From positions 2,056,910-2,120,909 of the forward strand of contig OZ242375.1 of NCBI GenBank assembly GCA_965209025.1: a DNA stretch of 64,000 nt, read 5' to 3'. This DNA is from Acidimicrobiia bacterium (lineage in GTDB: Bacteria > Actinomycetota > Acidimicrobiia > Spongiisociales > ZC4RG35). Position numbers and translations under genes: made by a program. The notes beneath the pieces were generated by a model that worked only from the letters and a program-made list of their open reading frames with translations, searched no databases and was not told the DNA's origin. Positions 29,498 through 38,972 of this stretch are shown here, one piece after another. Position 1 is the first letter of the stretch. Each line of letters opens with the position of its first letter.

Positions 29498-29860
29498 ATG
29501 AGAGTCAGATGCGGCGCCTGTCGCTCCAGCGTCAACATTTCCCGCCCCGGCCGTTTCTCCTGTCCGAGGTGTGGAGCTGTCAACCAGGTCAAGGGACCCG
29601 CTCCGGGTCCGGGAGGCGTCCCGCCGTCCGGCCCCGATCCGGCCCATCACACTCCGGGTCCCGGACCGGGCGGATACCCGGCGCCGCCCCCCTCCGGTCC
29701 TGCCGTCCCGCCGCCGCCTCCTCCGCCTGATCCGCCATCTCCGCGGGTCTCCTGCCCGGAGTGCTCTTTTAGTTTCATCGTGGGACAGATCCAGACAGCC
29801 ATCTGCCCCAACTGCCGCGCAGAGGTCTCCCTTGCCGGCTCGGGGGCCTTATGGAATTAG
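29498..29860 (+). CDS. Double zinc-ribbon protein with proline-rich linker
   Basis: CGAC...CPRC and CPEC...CPNC pairs flank a PGPG/PPPPPP low-complexity segment. Confidence 0.5.
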   Translation: MRVRCGACRSSVNISRPGRFSCPRCGAVNQVKGPAPGPGGVPPSGPDPAHHTPGPGPGGYPAPPPSGPAVPPPPPPPDPPSPRVSCPECSFSFIVGQIQTAICPNCRAEVSLAGSGALWN

Positions 29861-30765
29861 GGGTGTCGTTGGTGGATCCGGGCCTCTCCGCCCGACGCCT
29901 CACCGAGATAGCGGTCCGCGCGGAGCAACTCGGCTACCGTGCGGCGTGGACCAACGAGTCCACCGCGCGGGAAGCGTTTTCCACCCTGGCGGCGTGGGCA
30001 TCCGCCACCTCCAGGATCCGCCTGGCCACCGGAGTGCTGCCGGTCTACGTTCGCTCGCCTGTGGCTGCGGCGATGGGCGCCGCCACTATCTCGGCCATTG
30101 CAGGCCCTGGGCGCATGGTGTTGGGAATCGGCTCCGGACATCCGGTGGCGGCGCAGCGGTTCTTCGACTTCGATCTCTCCTCTCCCATCGATGCGGTCTC
30201 CGACTACTTACAGATCGTCGGCGAGCTTCGACACGGGAGAAAGGTGACCCACCACGGCAGGTTCTTCTCGGTGGAGGGGGCCCGACTGGGACTGCTTCCC
30301 TCCGGTCCCGTATGGACGGTGGTGGGGGCCATGGGGCCTCGCATGCTGGAGTTGGCCGTGCGGGAGTCGGACGGAGTACTGCTCAACTGGTGCAGCGCGT
30401 CCCACCTCCGTACCACCACGGAGTGGCTTCGCGGCCTCGGCCGGGGGGCTTCCTTCTTCCACGTCGCAGCCTACGTGCGGGTGGCGGTCTCCTCGGACCC
30501 GGATGAGGCTCGCCGGGCGTTGGCCGAGGAACTGGGCCACTACCTGCGGCTCGGCTTCTACCGTCGACATGTGGAGAAGCAGGGGCTCGATCCCGATGAT
30601 CTTCGGGGAACGGCAGCGCACCTGGGGATCGCCGGAACCGCGGATGAATGCCGGGCCCAGTTGGATTCCTACCGTTCGTCGGGACTGGACGAATTGGTCG
30701 TTCGACCGGTGCCGGTCGGGAAGGAGGGTCTCGAACCGGCGGTGGAGGTGATGGCGCCGGCTTAG
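29851..30765 (+). CDS. LLM-class (luciferase-like) F420-dependent oxidoreductase
   Basis: LLM fold motifs (ELGVSLVD ... LGYRAAWTNES ... MVLGIGSGH) in a TIM-barrel flavin/F420 enzyme family common in actinobacteria. Confidence 0.75.
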   Translation: MELGVSLVDPGLSARRLTEIAVRAEQLGYRAAWTNESTAREAFSTLAAWASATSRIRLATGVLPVYVRSPVAAAMGAATISAIAGPGRMVLGIGSGHPVAAQRFFDFDLSSPIDAVSDYLQIVGELRHGRKVTHHGRFFSVEGARLGLLPSGPVWTVVGAMGPRMLELAVRESDGVLLNWCSASHLRTTTEWLRGLGRGASFFHVAAYVRVAVSSDPDEARRALAEELGHYLRLGFYRRHVEKQGLDPDDLRGTAAHLGIAGTADECRAQLDSYRSSGLDELVVRPVPVGKEGLEPAVEVMAPA

Positions 30766-30909
30766 AGGTACAGGCGCAAGAACCAGATCACCCCTGCCAC
30801 GAGGATCAGCAGACCCACGGCGGCGGAAGCGATGATCAGGTACCGGGTGGGCATCCGCCTGATGATATGCGCCGGAGAGTTAACATCCCCTCTATGACCA
30901 ACACCCGTT

Positions 30910-32289
30910 TTGTCTATGAGTGAGTCCCCGTTCGACATCGTGATTCTGGGAGGAGGGCCGGGAGGATACGCCACGGCCCTGTACGCCCGAAACTTCGGGC
31001 TCTCGGTAGCCCTCGTGGAGGAGGAACGGCCCGGTGGGACTTGCTTGTTGCGGGGTTGTATACCGGCCAAGCAGTGGTTGCAGGTGGCCGAGGTGTTTTC
31101 AACCGTGAGGCACGCCGACGCGTTCGGAGTGTTGACGTCCGAGCCGGAACTCGACTGGTCGGCGGCCCTGGCCCGGAAGGACCGGGTGGTCAACCAGTTG
31201 GTGACCGGCCTTTCTGGTCTGCTCCGGAAACGAGGGGTGGAGGTCGTGTCCGGTCGTGGCCGCGTTTCCGGGCCGGGAAGGATCGTGCTGGACGGAGGAG
31301 AGACGCTGGAAGGAAGAGCGGTGGTGGTGGCTACCGGATCCCACGCCAGGACCATTCCCGGCTGGGAGATCGACGGGGAGCGGATCGTCACCTCGGATCA
31401 CGCGGTGGACTGGTCGTCCCGCCCCGACCGGGTGGCGATTATCGGCGGTGGCGTCATAGGCTGTGAGTTCGCCTCCCTCCTGGTGGATCTGGGCGCTGAG
31501 GTCTCGGTCTTCGAACTGGAGAAGCAACTGATCCCCGGCGGCGACGCCGATGCGTCCCGTCAGTTGCAGCGACAACTCGGCCGTAGGGGGGTGAAGTTCT
31601 ATCTGAAAACGGGGGTGGGTCCCGCCGAGGTCACCGACGACGGCGTGAGGGTCTCATTCCGGGACAAGGTACTGGAGGCGGATGTCGCCCTGATGGCGGT
31701 GGGGAGGGGACCCAACACTGACGGGATAGGCCTGGAGACGGTGGGGGCCGAGGTGGAGCGAGGTTACATCAAGGTGGATCCGGTGACGATGGAGACCGCC
31801 GAACCCGGAGTGTACGCCGTCGGAGACATAGTGGCCGGCACTCCCCAACTGGCTCACGCAGCTTTCGCGGAGGGGATCGCGGCGGCCACCTACATCGCCT
31901 CCGGCGAGCCTGCTCCGGTGGACTATCGAGCCATTCCCAGGGTCACCTACACCCACCCGGAGGTGGCGGAGGTGGGGATCAGCGCGGCCGATGCTCAGGC
32001 CAAGGGAATGGAGGTGCAGGTCACCAAGCATCCCTTCGGCGGCGTGGGAAGGGCGCTGATCATCGGGCAGAGCCAGGGGATGGTGAAGGTGGTGGCAGAG
32101 AAGGACGGCCCCCTGGTGGGTGCGGCCGTTGTCGGGCCGCAGGCAGGTGAGATGATCCACGAACTCATGTTCGCAGTGGGGTGGGAGGCCCTGCCCGAGG
32201 AAGCGGCAGCCTTCATCCATGCTCATCCCACCCTGTCGGAGGCGGTCGGGGAGACCCTCCTGTCGGCGACCGGCCGTAGTCTGCACTGA
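30910..32289 (+). CDS. lpdA: Dihydrolipoyl dehydrogenase (E3)
   Basis: FAD motif ILGGGPGGY, redox disulfide GTCLLRGCIPAK, and an NAD motif. Confidence 0.9.
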   Translation: MSMSESPFDIVILGGGPGGYATALYARNFGLSVALVEEERPGGTCLLRGCIPAKQWLQVAEVFSTVRHADAFGVLTSEPELDWSAALARKDRVVNQLVTGLSGLLRKRGVEVVSGRGRVSGPGRIVLDGGETLEGRAVVVATGSHARTIPGWEIDGERIVTSDHAVDWSSRPDRVAIIGGGVIGCEFASLLVDLGAEVSVFELEKQLIPGGDADASRQLQRQLGRRGVKFYLKTGVGPAEVTDDGVRVSFRDKVLEADVALMAVGRGPNTDGIGLETVGAEVERGYIKVDPVTMETAEPGVYAVGDIVAGTPQLAHAAFAEGIAAATYIASGEPAPVDYRAIPRVTYTHPEVAEVGISAADAQAKGMEVQVTKHPFGGVGRALIIGQSQGMVKVVAEKDGPLVGAAVVGPQAGEMIHELMFAVGWEALPEEAAAFIHAHPTLSEAVGETLLSATGRSLH

Positions 32290-32318
32290 GAAGCAGAGAC
32301 CTGGATTAGGAGTTCTCG

Positions 32319-33629
32319 ATGACAACCACCATCTCCATGCCTCAACTGGGCGAGACAGTCACCGAGGGGACCATCCTGCGGTGGGCAAAGCAGGTGGGTG
32401 ACGCCATCTCCCAGGGCGAGGTGGTGCTGGAGATCTCCACAGACAAGGTGGACACCGAAATACCCTCGCCGGTGTCGGGAGTGATGCTGGAGATACTGGT
32501 GTCCGAGGGGGAGACGGTGGAAGTCGGGAGGGACCTCTGCGTGGTGGGAGACCCAGGAGGCCCCGTGCAGGAGGAATCGCCCGACGCCCGGGCGGCGGAG
32601 CCCTCTCCCGAAACCCCGTCCCCCGACTCCGAGGACGAACCCCCCGCTTCCCAGGGGGAGCCACCTCGTCTCCCGCCGACGCCGCAGGCCGTCGGTCGGC
32701 CCGGGCCTTCACGGCGTCTCTCCCCGGTGGTCCGCCGACTGGTCCGCCAGCACGGGATCGACATAAGCCTGATAGCGGGCACCGGGGAAGGAGGGAGGGT
32801 GACCCGTCGGGATGTGGAAGCCTACCTGGAGGGCGACGTCACGCTCGCTCCGGCGGCCCCCACCCCCGAGCCTCCCGCGGGCACTCCGGCGCCGACCGTT
32901 CCCCCGGATGGAGAAGAGCGGGTTGACTTGAGCCGCCTCCGCGTCCGGATCGGGGAGAATATGATCCGCTCGCGGCAAACCGCCGCCCACGTGTGGACAT
33001 CGGTCGAGGTGGACTTCGAGCGGATAGCCGAGGTGCGCACCGCCCACAAAGCCCGCTTCAGGAGGGAAGAGGGCTTCTCTCTCACCTACCTGCCCTTCGT
33101 GTGCCGAGCCGTGATCGACGCTCTCCGGGCGTACCCGGTGGTGAACAGTTCCTTCTATCTGGAGGATCGCAAAGCCGTCTACCACAGCAGGATCGACCTG
33201 GGAATCGCCGTGGACCTCGACCAGCAGGGCCTGGTGGTGGTGACCATCCGGGATGCCGACAACCTCCGCCTGGTCGGGTTGGCGCGCCGTGTCCGGCACC
33301 TGTCCACTGCGGCTCGCAGCCGGCAGTTGGGCCCCGACCAGATGACCGGTTCAACCTTCACCATCACCAATCCCGGACCGTTCGATTCGTTCTTGTCGGC
33401 GCCGATTATCAACGTTCCCAACGTCGCCATTCTCTCCACCGACACGGTGGCCAAGCGCCCGGTGGTGGTGACCACGGCCGACGGCCGTGACGCCCTGGCC
33501 ATCCGGCACATCGGTTACCTGGGATTCTCATGGGACCATCGCGCCTTCGACGGATCGACCGCGGTGCTGTTCCTGCAACGCATCAAGAACAATCTGGAGA
33601 CATGGGACTGGGAGCAGGAACTGAAGTGA
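32319..33629 (+). CDS. Dihydrolipoamide acyltransferase (E2) of a 2-oxoacid dehydrogenase complex
   Basis: Lipoyl domain (EISTDKVDTEIPSPVSGV), a Pro/Ala linker, a peripheral subunit-binding domain (RRLVRQHGIDISLIAGTGEGGRVTRRDV), and catalytic DHRAFDG. Confidence 0.9.
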   Translation: MTTTISMPQLGETVTEGTILRWAKQVGDAISQGEVVLEISTDKVDTEIPSPVSGVMLEILVSEGETVEVGRDLCVVGDPGGPVQEESPDARAAEPSPETPSPDSEDEPPASQGEPPRLPPTPQAVGRPGPSRRLSPVVRRLVRQHGIDISLIAGTGEGGRVTRRDVEAYLEGDVTLAPAAPTPEPPAGTPAPTVPPDGEERVDLSRLRVRIGENMIRSRQTAAHVWTSVEVDFERIAEVRTAHKARFRREEGFSLTYLPFVCRAVIDALRAYPVVNSSFYLEDRKAVYHSRIDLGIAVDLDQQGLVVVTIRDADNLRLVGLARRVRHLSTAARSRQLGPDQMTGSTFTITNPGPFDSFLSAPIINVPNVAILSTDTVAKRPVVVTTADGRDALAIRHIGYLGFSWDHRAFDGSTAVLFLQRIKNNLETWDWEQELK

Positions 33630-35338
33630 CTCCCCCCGGCCGAAGTCCCTCCCTGCGCGTGCGATGGCTGGGGCGGCTTCCCTATGCAGAGGCCTGGGAC
33701 TTACAACGAGCCATCTGGGAACGTAGGAGCGGCGGGGTTATCGCAGATGACTATCTGTTGCTTTTGGAGCACCCCCATGTTTACACGGTGGGACGAAGAG
33801 GGGACGGTTCTCATCTGCTGATCGGTCCCGACCGGCTCTCGGAGGTTGGAGCGGAGTTCTTCCGCGTCGACCGGGGAGGGGACATAACCTATCACGGCCC
33901 CGGCCAACTGGTCGGGTATCCCCTGATGGCCGTCAGACCCGCTCGGATAACCGACTACGTGCGCTCCCTGGAAGGCGCGTTGGCGGCCGCGCTCTCGGAT
34001 CTGGGAGTCGAAGCCTGGTCCGAACCCGGGCTAACCGGGGTATGGACCCGGCTCGGCAAGGTGGCGGCCATCGGAATACGGGTCTCCCGGCGGGTGTCAA
34101 TGCATGGCTTTGCCCTCAACCTGCATCCCAGCATGGAGTACTTCGGGTACATGAACCCCTGTGGAATCACCGATCGCCCGGTTACGTCGGTGAGCGAACT
34201 GGTGGGTCGGCGCGTGTCGATCGAGGAAGCCGTGGAAGCCCTTGTACCCCGCTTCGCCGAGACGTTCGGGAAGACCTCCGTGGAAATACAGAAGGCGGCC
34301 TTTGTCCGTGGTCAGGGGCGGGACACCGACTTCGAGGTGGACAGGTTGCTCAGGGAGGGAACCTTTTCTCCCGACCGCGTGCCGGTCAGCCTCTCGGGGA
34401 GGTCGCGGAGACTGCCGGGTGAACCGGAGCGGCCCCCATGGATGCGGGTGACGGCCCGGATGGACGCCGAGTACCTGGAACTGAAGAAACTGATGCGATC
34501 CCTCGACCTCAACACGGTTTGTGAAGAGGCGGGATGCCCCAATATCTACGAGTGCTGGGGGATGGGGACCGCCACCCTGATGATTCTCGGCGACCGTTGC
34601 ACCCGCGCCTGCGGGTTCTGTAACGTGACGACCGCCCGGCCCCTGGGGCTCGACCTTGAAGAGCCCTACCGAGCCGCCGAGGCGATCCACCGGATGGGCC
34701 TGAACCACGCGGTGATCACCTCCGTGAACCGTGACGACCTGGCGGATGGCGGCTCAGCGGTTTTCGCCGCCACTATCAGGGAGACTCGCGTCCGGTCCCC
34801 CCACACCGACATCGAGGTGCTGATCCCCGACTTCAAGGGGGATCCGGAAGCGCTGGAGACAGTGATGGCCGAGCGTCCCGATGTGCTCAATCACAACACC
34901 GAGACCGTCGTCCGGCTGCAGCGGGAGATCCGCACTTCCGCCAACTACGGGCGCTCCCTGGCGCTCCTGGCCCGAGCCAGGCGCCTCTATGCCGAAGGGC
35001 TCGTCAAATCGGGGTTGATCGTGGGGATGGGCGAGACCCGCGAAGAGGTGCTGGGGGCGCTGGCCGACCTGCGGGCGGTGGGAGTGGACATAGTAACGAT
35101 CGGCCAGTACCTGCGCCCCAGCCCCCGCCACCGACCGGTGCATCGCTACGTTCATCCCGACGAGTTCGAGGAATACCGCTCCTACGGCGAGGCTCTGGGC
35201 ATCCCGCATGTGGAATCAGGGCCGCTGGTGCGCTCCAGTTATCACGCCAAGAGCTCCAAGCAGGCTGCCACGCCTCCGTCACCGGGAAGGACTCCCGTGG
35301 TGATCGGCCCCCGGCCGACTGCCAGGTCGTATTTTTAG
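33626..35338 (+). CDS. lipB-lipA: Octanoyltransferase LipB fused in-frame to lipoyl synthase LipA (single 570-codon ORF)
   Basis: A GTG start overlaps the E2 stop (GTGA). The LipB core is HPHVYTVGRRG ... DRGGDITYHGPGQLVGYP. There is no stop before the LipA motifs (ERPPWMRV ... TVCEEAGCPNIYECW ... CTRACGFCNV). One continuous frame runs to 35338. Confidence 0.8.
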   Translation: MTPPGRSPSLRVRWLGRLPYAEAWDLQRAIWERRSGGVIADDYLLLLEHPHVYTVGRRGDGSHLLIGPDRLSEVGAEFFRVDRGGDITYHGPGQLVGYPLMAVRPARITDYVRSLEGALAAALSDLGVEAWSEPGLTGVWTRLGKVAAIGIRVSRRVSMHGFALNLHPSMEYFGYMNPCGITDRPVTSVSELVGRRVSIEEAVEALVPRFAETFGKTSVEIQKAAFVRGQGRDTDFEVDRLLREGTFSPDRVPVSLSGRSRRLPGEPERPPWMRVTARMDAEYLELKKLMRSLDLNTVCEEAGCPNIYECWGMGTATLMILGDRCTRACGFCNVTTARPLGLDLEEPYRAAEAIHRMGLNHAVITSVNRDDLADGGSAVFAATIRETRVRSPHTDIEVLIPDFKGDPEALETVMAERPDVLNHNTETVVRLQREIRTSANYGRSLALLARARRLYAEGLVKSGLIVGMGETREEVLGALADLRAVGVDIVTIGQYLRPSPRHRPVHRYVHPDEFEEYRSYGEALGIPHVESGPLVRSSYHAKSSKQAATPPSPGRTPVVIGPRPTARSYF

Positions 35339-35435
35339 CCTCGTCCGAGCCCTAAACTGGGGGAAGCGGCGCGGGTGGGGCATTGGGTATCTGTTCAAGA
35401 CTGAGGGCTTGACCTTGGAAGGCATCAGGAATTCG

Positions 35436-38400
35436 ATGGCACGACGCCCGTCCAAGCGGGTGGCGGCGTTTCTGGCCGCGGTGATCCTCCTGCTGGGAAC
35501 AACCGTTCCGGCTGTGGCGGCCGATTATCCGGGCGAGCCCTTGCGGCTGGGCAGCCGGGGCGAGTCGGTCAGGGCCTGGCAGGAGGCACTCGGGATTCCC
35601 GCCGACGGGGTGTTCGGACGACAAACCGAGGCAGCCACCATCGCCTGGCAGAGCGAGCGAGGCCTGGAGGCCGATGGGATAGTAGGCCCGGCTTCCTGGC
35701 GGGTGATGTTTCCCGATTCGGGCACCGCCACCACCAGCCCGGACCGGGTGCAGTTGGTCATCGAGGGATCCGGCCATGGACATGGAGTGGGTCTCACCCA
35801 GTACGGCGCCAAGGGCATGGCGGAGGAGGGCTACACGACCATCCAGATTCTTCAGCACTTTTATCAGGGCTCATCCGTCGAGAACCTTGCCGACGCCATT
35901 CCGGGTTCCTGGGTGATCACCGAACCACTGCCCATCTGGGTGGGGATCAGGCAGAACCGGTCCGAGTTGACCTTCGCGGTGGTGACCGGTCGGGTGAGGG
36001 TCTGCTTCGACGGGGAGTACGCATCCTATCCGGTACTGGCCGAAGGGACGGTTCCCGGCCTTGACAACACTTTCACCGATCTGCTGGTCACCAGGCTGGT
36101 GGAACTGGGGTACCTGCGGGAAGCGGTCGGCTCCTTCAACCAGACGGTCACAGATGCGGTGGTCTCCTTCCAAACGTCCCAGGGCCTGGGAGCCGACGGG
36201 GCGGTAGGGAGCGACACCTGGGAGGCGCTCTTGGAGGGAAGCGGCCTGCCCGACTGCGCCGGCGCCTACTACCTGGATGCAGGAGAGGACCTGGTGGTGA
36301 CCGCCGCCGGGGACGGGTCCTGCAACGCCAGACCGGTGGGCGTGGTGGCGGGATGCCGGTTGAGCATCCAGGACCTCTCACACGCCAACCGGGTGGGCTT
36401 GAGGGGCCTCAACTTCGGTGGAGAGATGACACAGTTCATCCACGGCAACGTGCGGGTCCGTCCCAGCGGGGGCAGGATTCACTTCTCCATGCAAATGGAC
36501 ATAGAGGACTATGTTGCAGGCATAGCGGAGATCCCGCCCCCCTGGCCCGATGCCGCGCTGGAGGCGCAGGCCATCGCCGCCCGGTCGTATGCCATATATG
36601 CCATGCTCCGTAGAGGATCGGAGCCATCCCTCAGCAATTCCCGGAAGTCGGCGTGCTGGTGCCACGTGGTCAGTGATTCCCGTGATCAGGTTTACGGCGG
36701 CTGGAACCGGGAGATACAGAGCGGCGGTCGCTGGGATCTGGTTGGAGCCCGGGCCACCGCGGGGAGAGTTCTCACCCATCCCGAAGAGGCGGTAGGGGTG
36801 GTGCAGGCCTTCTACTCGTCATCCAGCGGTGGCGCGACCGAGGACTCCTCGACGATCTGGGGGACGGCGGGGCGGCCATACCTGGTGTCGGTCCAGGATC
36901 CGTGGTCGATCGATCCCGCGGTCAATCCCAACGCCTTCTGGGCTAAGACCATCTCCCTGTCCCAACTGCTCGACATCTACGAGTTGTCCAATCGCTTCGA
37001 TGACGTCATCTCGGTGGACACGGTGTCCTACCCGTGGGGCAGCGCCCAGTTTCTCAATATCGCCGGGATACGGGGAGGCGAGAGAGTCACCGAAAGGGTC
37101 TCGGCCCCCACCCTCAAGTCCGCTCTCCGCCTCAGGTCTCGGTATTTCACGATCGACTATCTGGCGGACTGGTGGGCGCCCCCGCCCGCTCCCACCAACG
37201 TGACAGCCAGCGGGGGCCGCGAGGCCACCGTGACCTGGAGTCCGGTCTCTTCCCGCTTTGCGCCGGAGCGCTACACGGTCAGCGTCGATCCGGCCCATTC
37301 CGATCCGATCACGGTAGCGGCATCCCAGACCACCGCGACGGTCACCGGCCTCCGACCAGGCGTGGCGTACAGCTTCACGGTCACTGCCGGTAACCAGATA
37401 GGCTCGAGCCCGCCTTCCGTGCCCACTCCGCCCAGTGCGCTGATCATCGAGCACCCATATCCCGGTCAGCCCCTCCGGGAGGGGAGCCGGGGAAGTGACG
37501 TGCGACTCTGGCAGGAAGCGCTGGGCGTCACCGCGGATGGGGACTTCGGACCTGGCACCGCCGCCGCCACACGGCAGTGGCAGCAGGCCAATGGCCTCAC
37601 TCCCGATGGGATAGTTGGTGAGCAATCGTGGAACAAGATGTTCTTCCAGCCCGCCCCTCCCCAACCGGCGCCTGACCCCGGGACGGAGCCCGACCCTGAA
37701 GTGGAGCATGAACCGGAGACGACCGACCCACAGGCTCCCAGCTACCCCGGGTTCGTCCTACGGTTGGGCAGCCGGGGGAAGTGGGTGCGGACCTGGCAGT
37801 CTGCATTGGGTGTCCCGGCGGACGGGTATTTCGGTTCCGCCACCGCCCAGGCCACCCGGGAGTGGCAGCGGGCCAATGGACTGGCGGTGGACGGAGTGGT
37901 GGGCATGCAAAGTTGGGAGACAATGTTCCCCGGCGCAGGGGTGGAGGCGCCGGAGCCTCCTCCCGACAGGAATGGTGACGACAGCCAGGGATCGGGCAGC
38001 ACGGGTAGCGCACCGGGCGTCCCCCCCTATCCGGGCCGGCCCCTTGAACTGGGGGACAGCGGTTCGAGTGTCATCATCTGGCAGCGCGCCCTGGGCATAC
38101 AGGCGGACGGCTACTTCGGCTCGGCCACCCTGTCGGCCACCAAGGCCTGGCAGTACCGCAACGGTCTCACCGCCGACGGAGTGGTGGGCGCCAGTTCCTG
38201 GGTTAAGATGTTCCCCGGCGCTGAGGCGACCGAGACGTCTTCGGTGGATTCGGGAGAGAACAACTTCGCCGGAGAAGCTCCTCCCTACCCCGGCCGGCCT
38301 CTGCGGATGGGGTCCCGGGGGACGCATGTGATTATCTGGCAGCGGGCTCTGGGGATCCCCGCCGATGGGCACTTCGGGTCCCAGACCGCCCGGGCCACCC

Positions 38401-38972
38401 GTGAGTGGCAGCGAGCCAACGGCCTCGAAGTCGACGGGATAGTAGGGGTCAACTCATGGGTCAAGATGTTCCCGGGAGCGAGCGTGCCGGGCGGCTCGTC
38501 CTCCTCGGTTAGTTCCACCAGCCGTCCCTCCTCGGTGGTCATCGAAGAGGGTGACCGTGGCGCTCTGGTGGAGAAGTGGCAGAGGGCGTTGGGGATTGAG
38601 GTGACGGGGGTGTTCGACGACAACACCGTGGCCCACACCAAGTACTGGCAGCGCACGCAGGGCATCGCCGCCGACGGCAGGGTCACCGACACCTCGTGGT
38701 CTCGGATGTTCCCCACCGAGGAGGTCCCGGACGCCGACGACCCTTCCTCCGGCGATTCGTCATCCCAGCGTCCCTCCCTCGAGGTCTTGGAACTGGGCAG
38801 TATGGGCGCCAGGGTGGAGAAGTGGCAGAGGGCGTTGGGGATTGAGGTGACGGGGGTGTTCGACGAGAACACCGTGGCCCACACCAAGTACTGGCAGCGC
38901 ACGCAGGGCATCGCCGCCGATGGCAGGGTCACCGAGACGTCTTGGTACCGTATGTTCCCTGATGAGGAATGA
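35436..38972 (+). CDS. Exported cell-wall protein: 8 peptidoglycan-binding (PGBD1-like) domains, SpoIID/LytB domain, FN3 domain
   Basis: Signal peptide (VAAFLAAVILLLGTTVPAVAA). Eight PGBD1-type repeats: six with the full motif (LRLGSRGxxVxxWQxALGxxADGxFGxxTxxATxxWQ), plus an N-terminal-region variant (LVTRLVELGYL...DAVVSFQTSQG) and a seventh C-terminal variant. The SpoIID core is DYVAGIAEIP ... AIAARSYAIY ... AFYSSSSGGATEDSS. An FN3-like segment is also present. The ATG at 35436 was preferred over the upstream TTG. Confidence 0.8.
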   Translation: MARRPSKRVAAFLAAVILLLGTTVPAVAADYPGEPLRLGSRGESVRAWQEALGIPADGVFGRQTEAATIAWQSERGLEADGIVGPASWRVMFPDSGTATTSPDRVQLVIEGSGHGHGVGLTQYGAKGMAEEGYTTIQILQHFYQGSSVENLADAIPGSWVITEPLPIWVGIRQNRSELTFAVVTGRVRVCFDGEYASYPVLAEGTVPGLDNTFTDLLVTRLVELGYLREAVGSFNQTVTDAVVSFQTSQGLGADGAVGSDTWEALLEGSGLPDCAGAYYLDAGEDLVVTAAGDGSCNARPVGVVAGCRLSIQDLSHANRVGLRGLNFGGEMTQFIHGNVRVRPSGGRIHFSMQMDIEDYVAGIAEIPPPWPDAALEAQAIAARSYAIYAMLRRGSEPSLSNSRKSACWCHVVSDSRDQVYGGWNREIQSGGRWDLVGARATAGRVLTHPEEAVGVVQAFYSSSSGGATEDSSTIWGTAGRPYLVSVQDPWSIDPAVNPNAFWAKTISLSQLLDIYELSNRFDDVISVDTVSYPWGSAQFLNIAGIRGGERVTERVSAPTLKSALRLRSRYFTIDYLADWWAPPPAPTNVTASGGREATVTWSPVSSRFAPERYTVSVDPAHSDPITVAASQTTATVTGLRPGVAYSFTVTAGNQIGSSPPSVPTPPSALIIEHPYPGQPLREGSRGSDVRLWQEALGVTADGDFGPGTAAATRQWQQANGLTPDGIVGEQSWNKMFFQPAPPQPAPDPGTEPDPEVEHEPETTDPQAPSYPGFVLRLGSRGKWVRTWQSALGVPADGYFGSATAQATREWQRANGLAVDGVVGMQSWETMFPGAGVEAPEPPPDRNGDDSQGSGSTGSAPGVPPYPGRPLELGDSGSSVIIWQRALGIQADGYFGSATLSATKAWQYRNGLTADGVVGASSWVKMFPGAEATETSSVDSGENNFAGEAPPYPGRPLRMGSRGTHVIIWQRALGIPADGHFGSQTARATREWQRANGLEVDGIVGVNSWVKMFPGASVPGGSSSSVSSTSRPSSVVIEEGDRGALVEKWQRALGIEVTGVFDDNTVAHTKYWQRTQGIAADGRVTDTSWSRMFPTEEVPDADDPSSGDSSSQRPSLEVLELGSMGARVEKWQRALGIEVTGVFDENTVAHTKYWQRTQGIAADGRVTETSWYRMFPDEE
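38571..38945 (+). repeat. Two near-identical ~130-nt copies (period ~245 bp) encoding the last two PG-binding domains
   Basis: gagaagtggcagagggcgttggggattgaggtgacgggggtgttcgacga ... occurs at 38571 and again at 38816, with only 3-4 mismatches. Confidence 0.75.
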
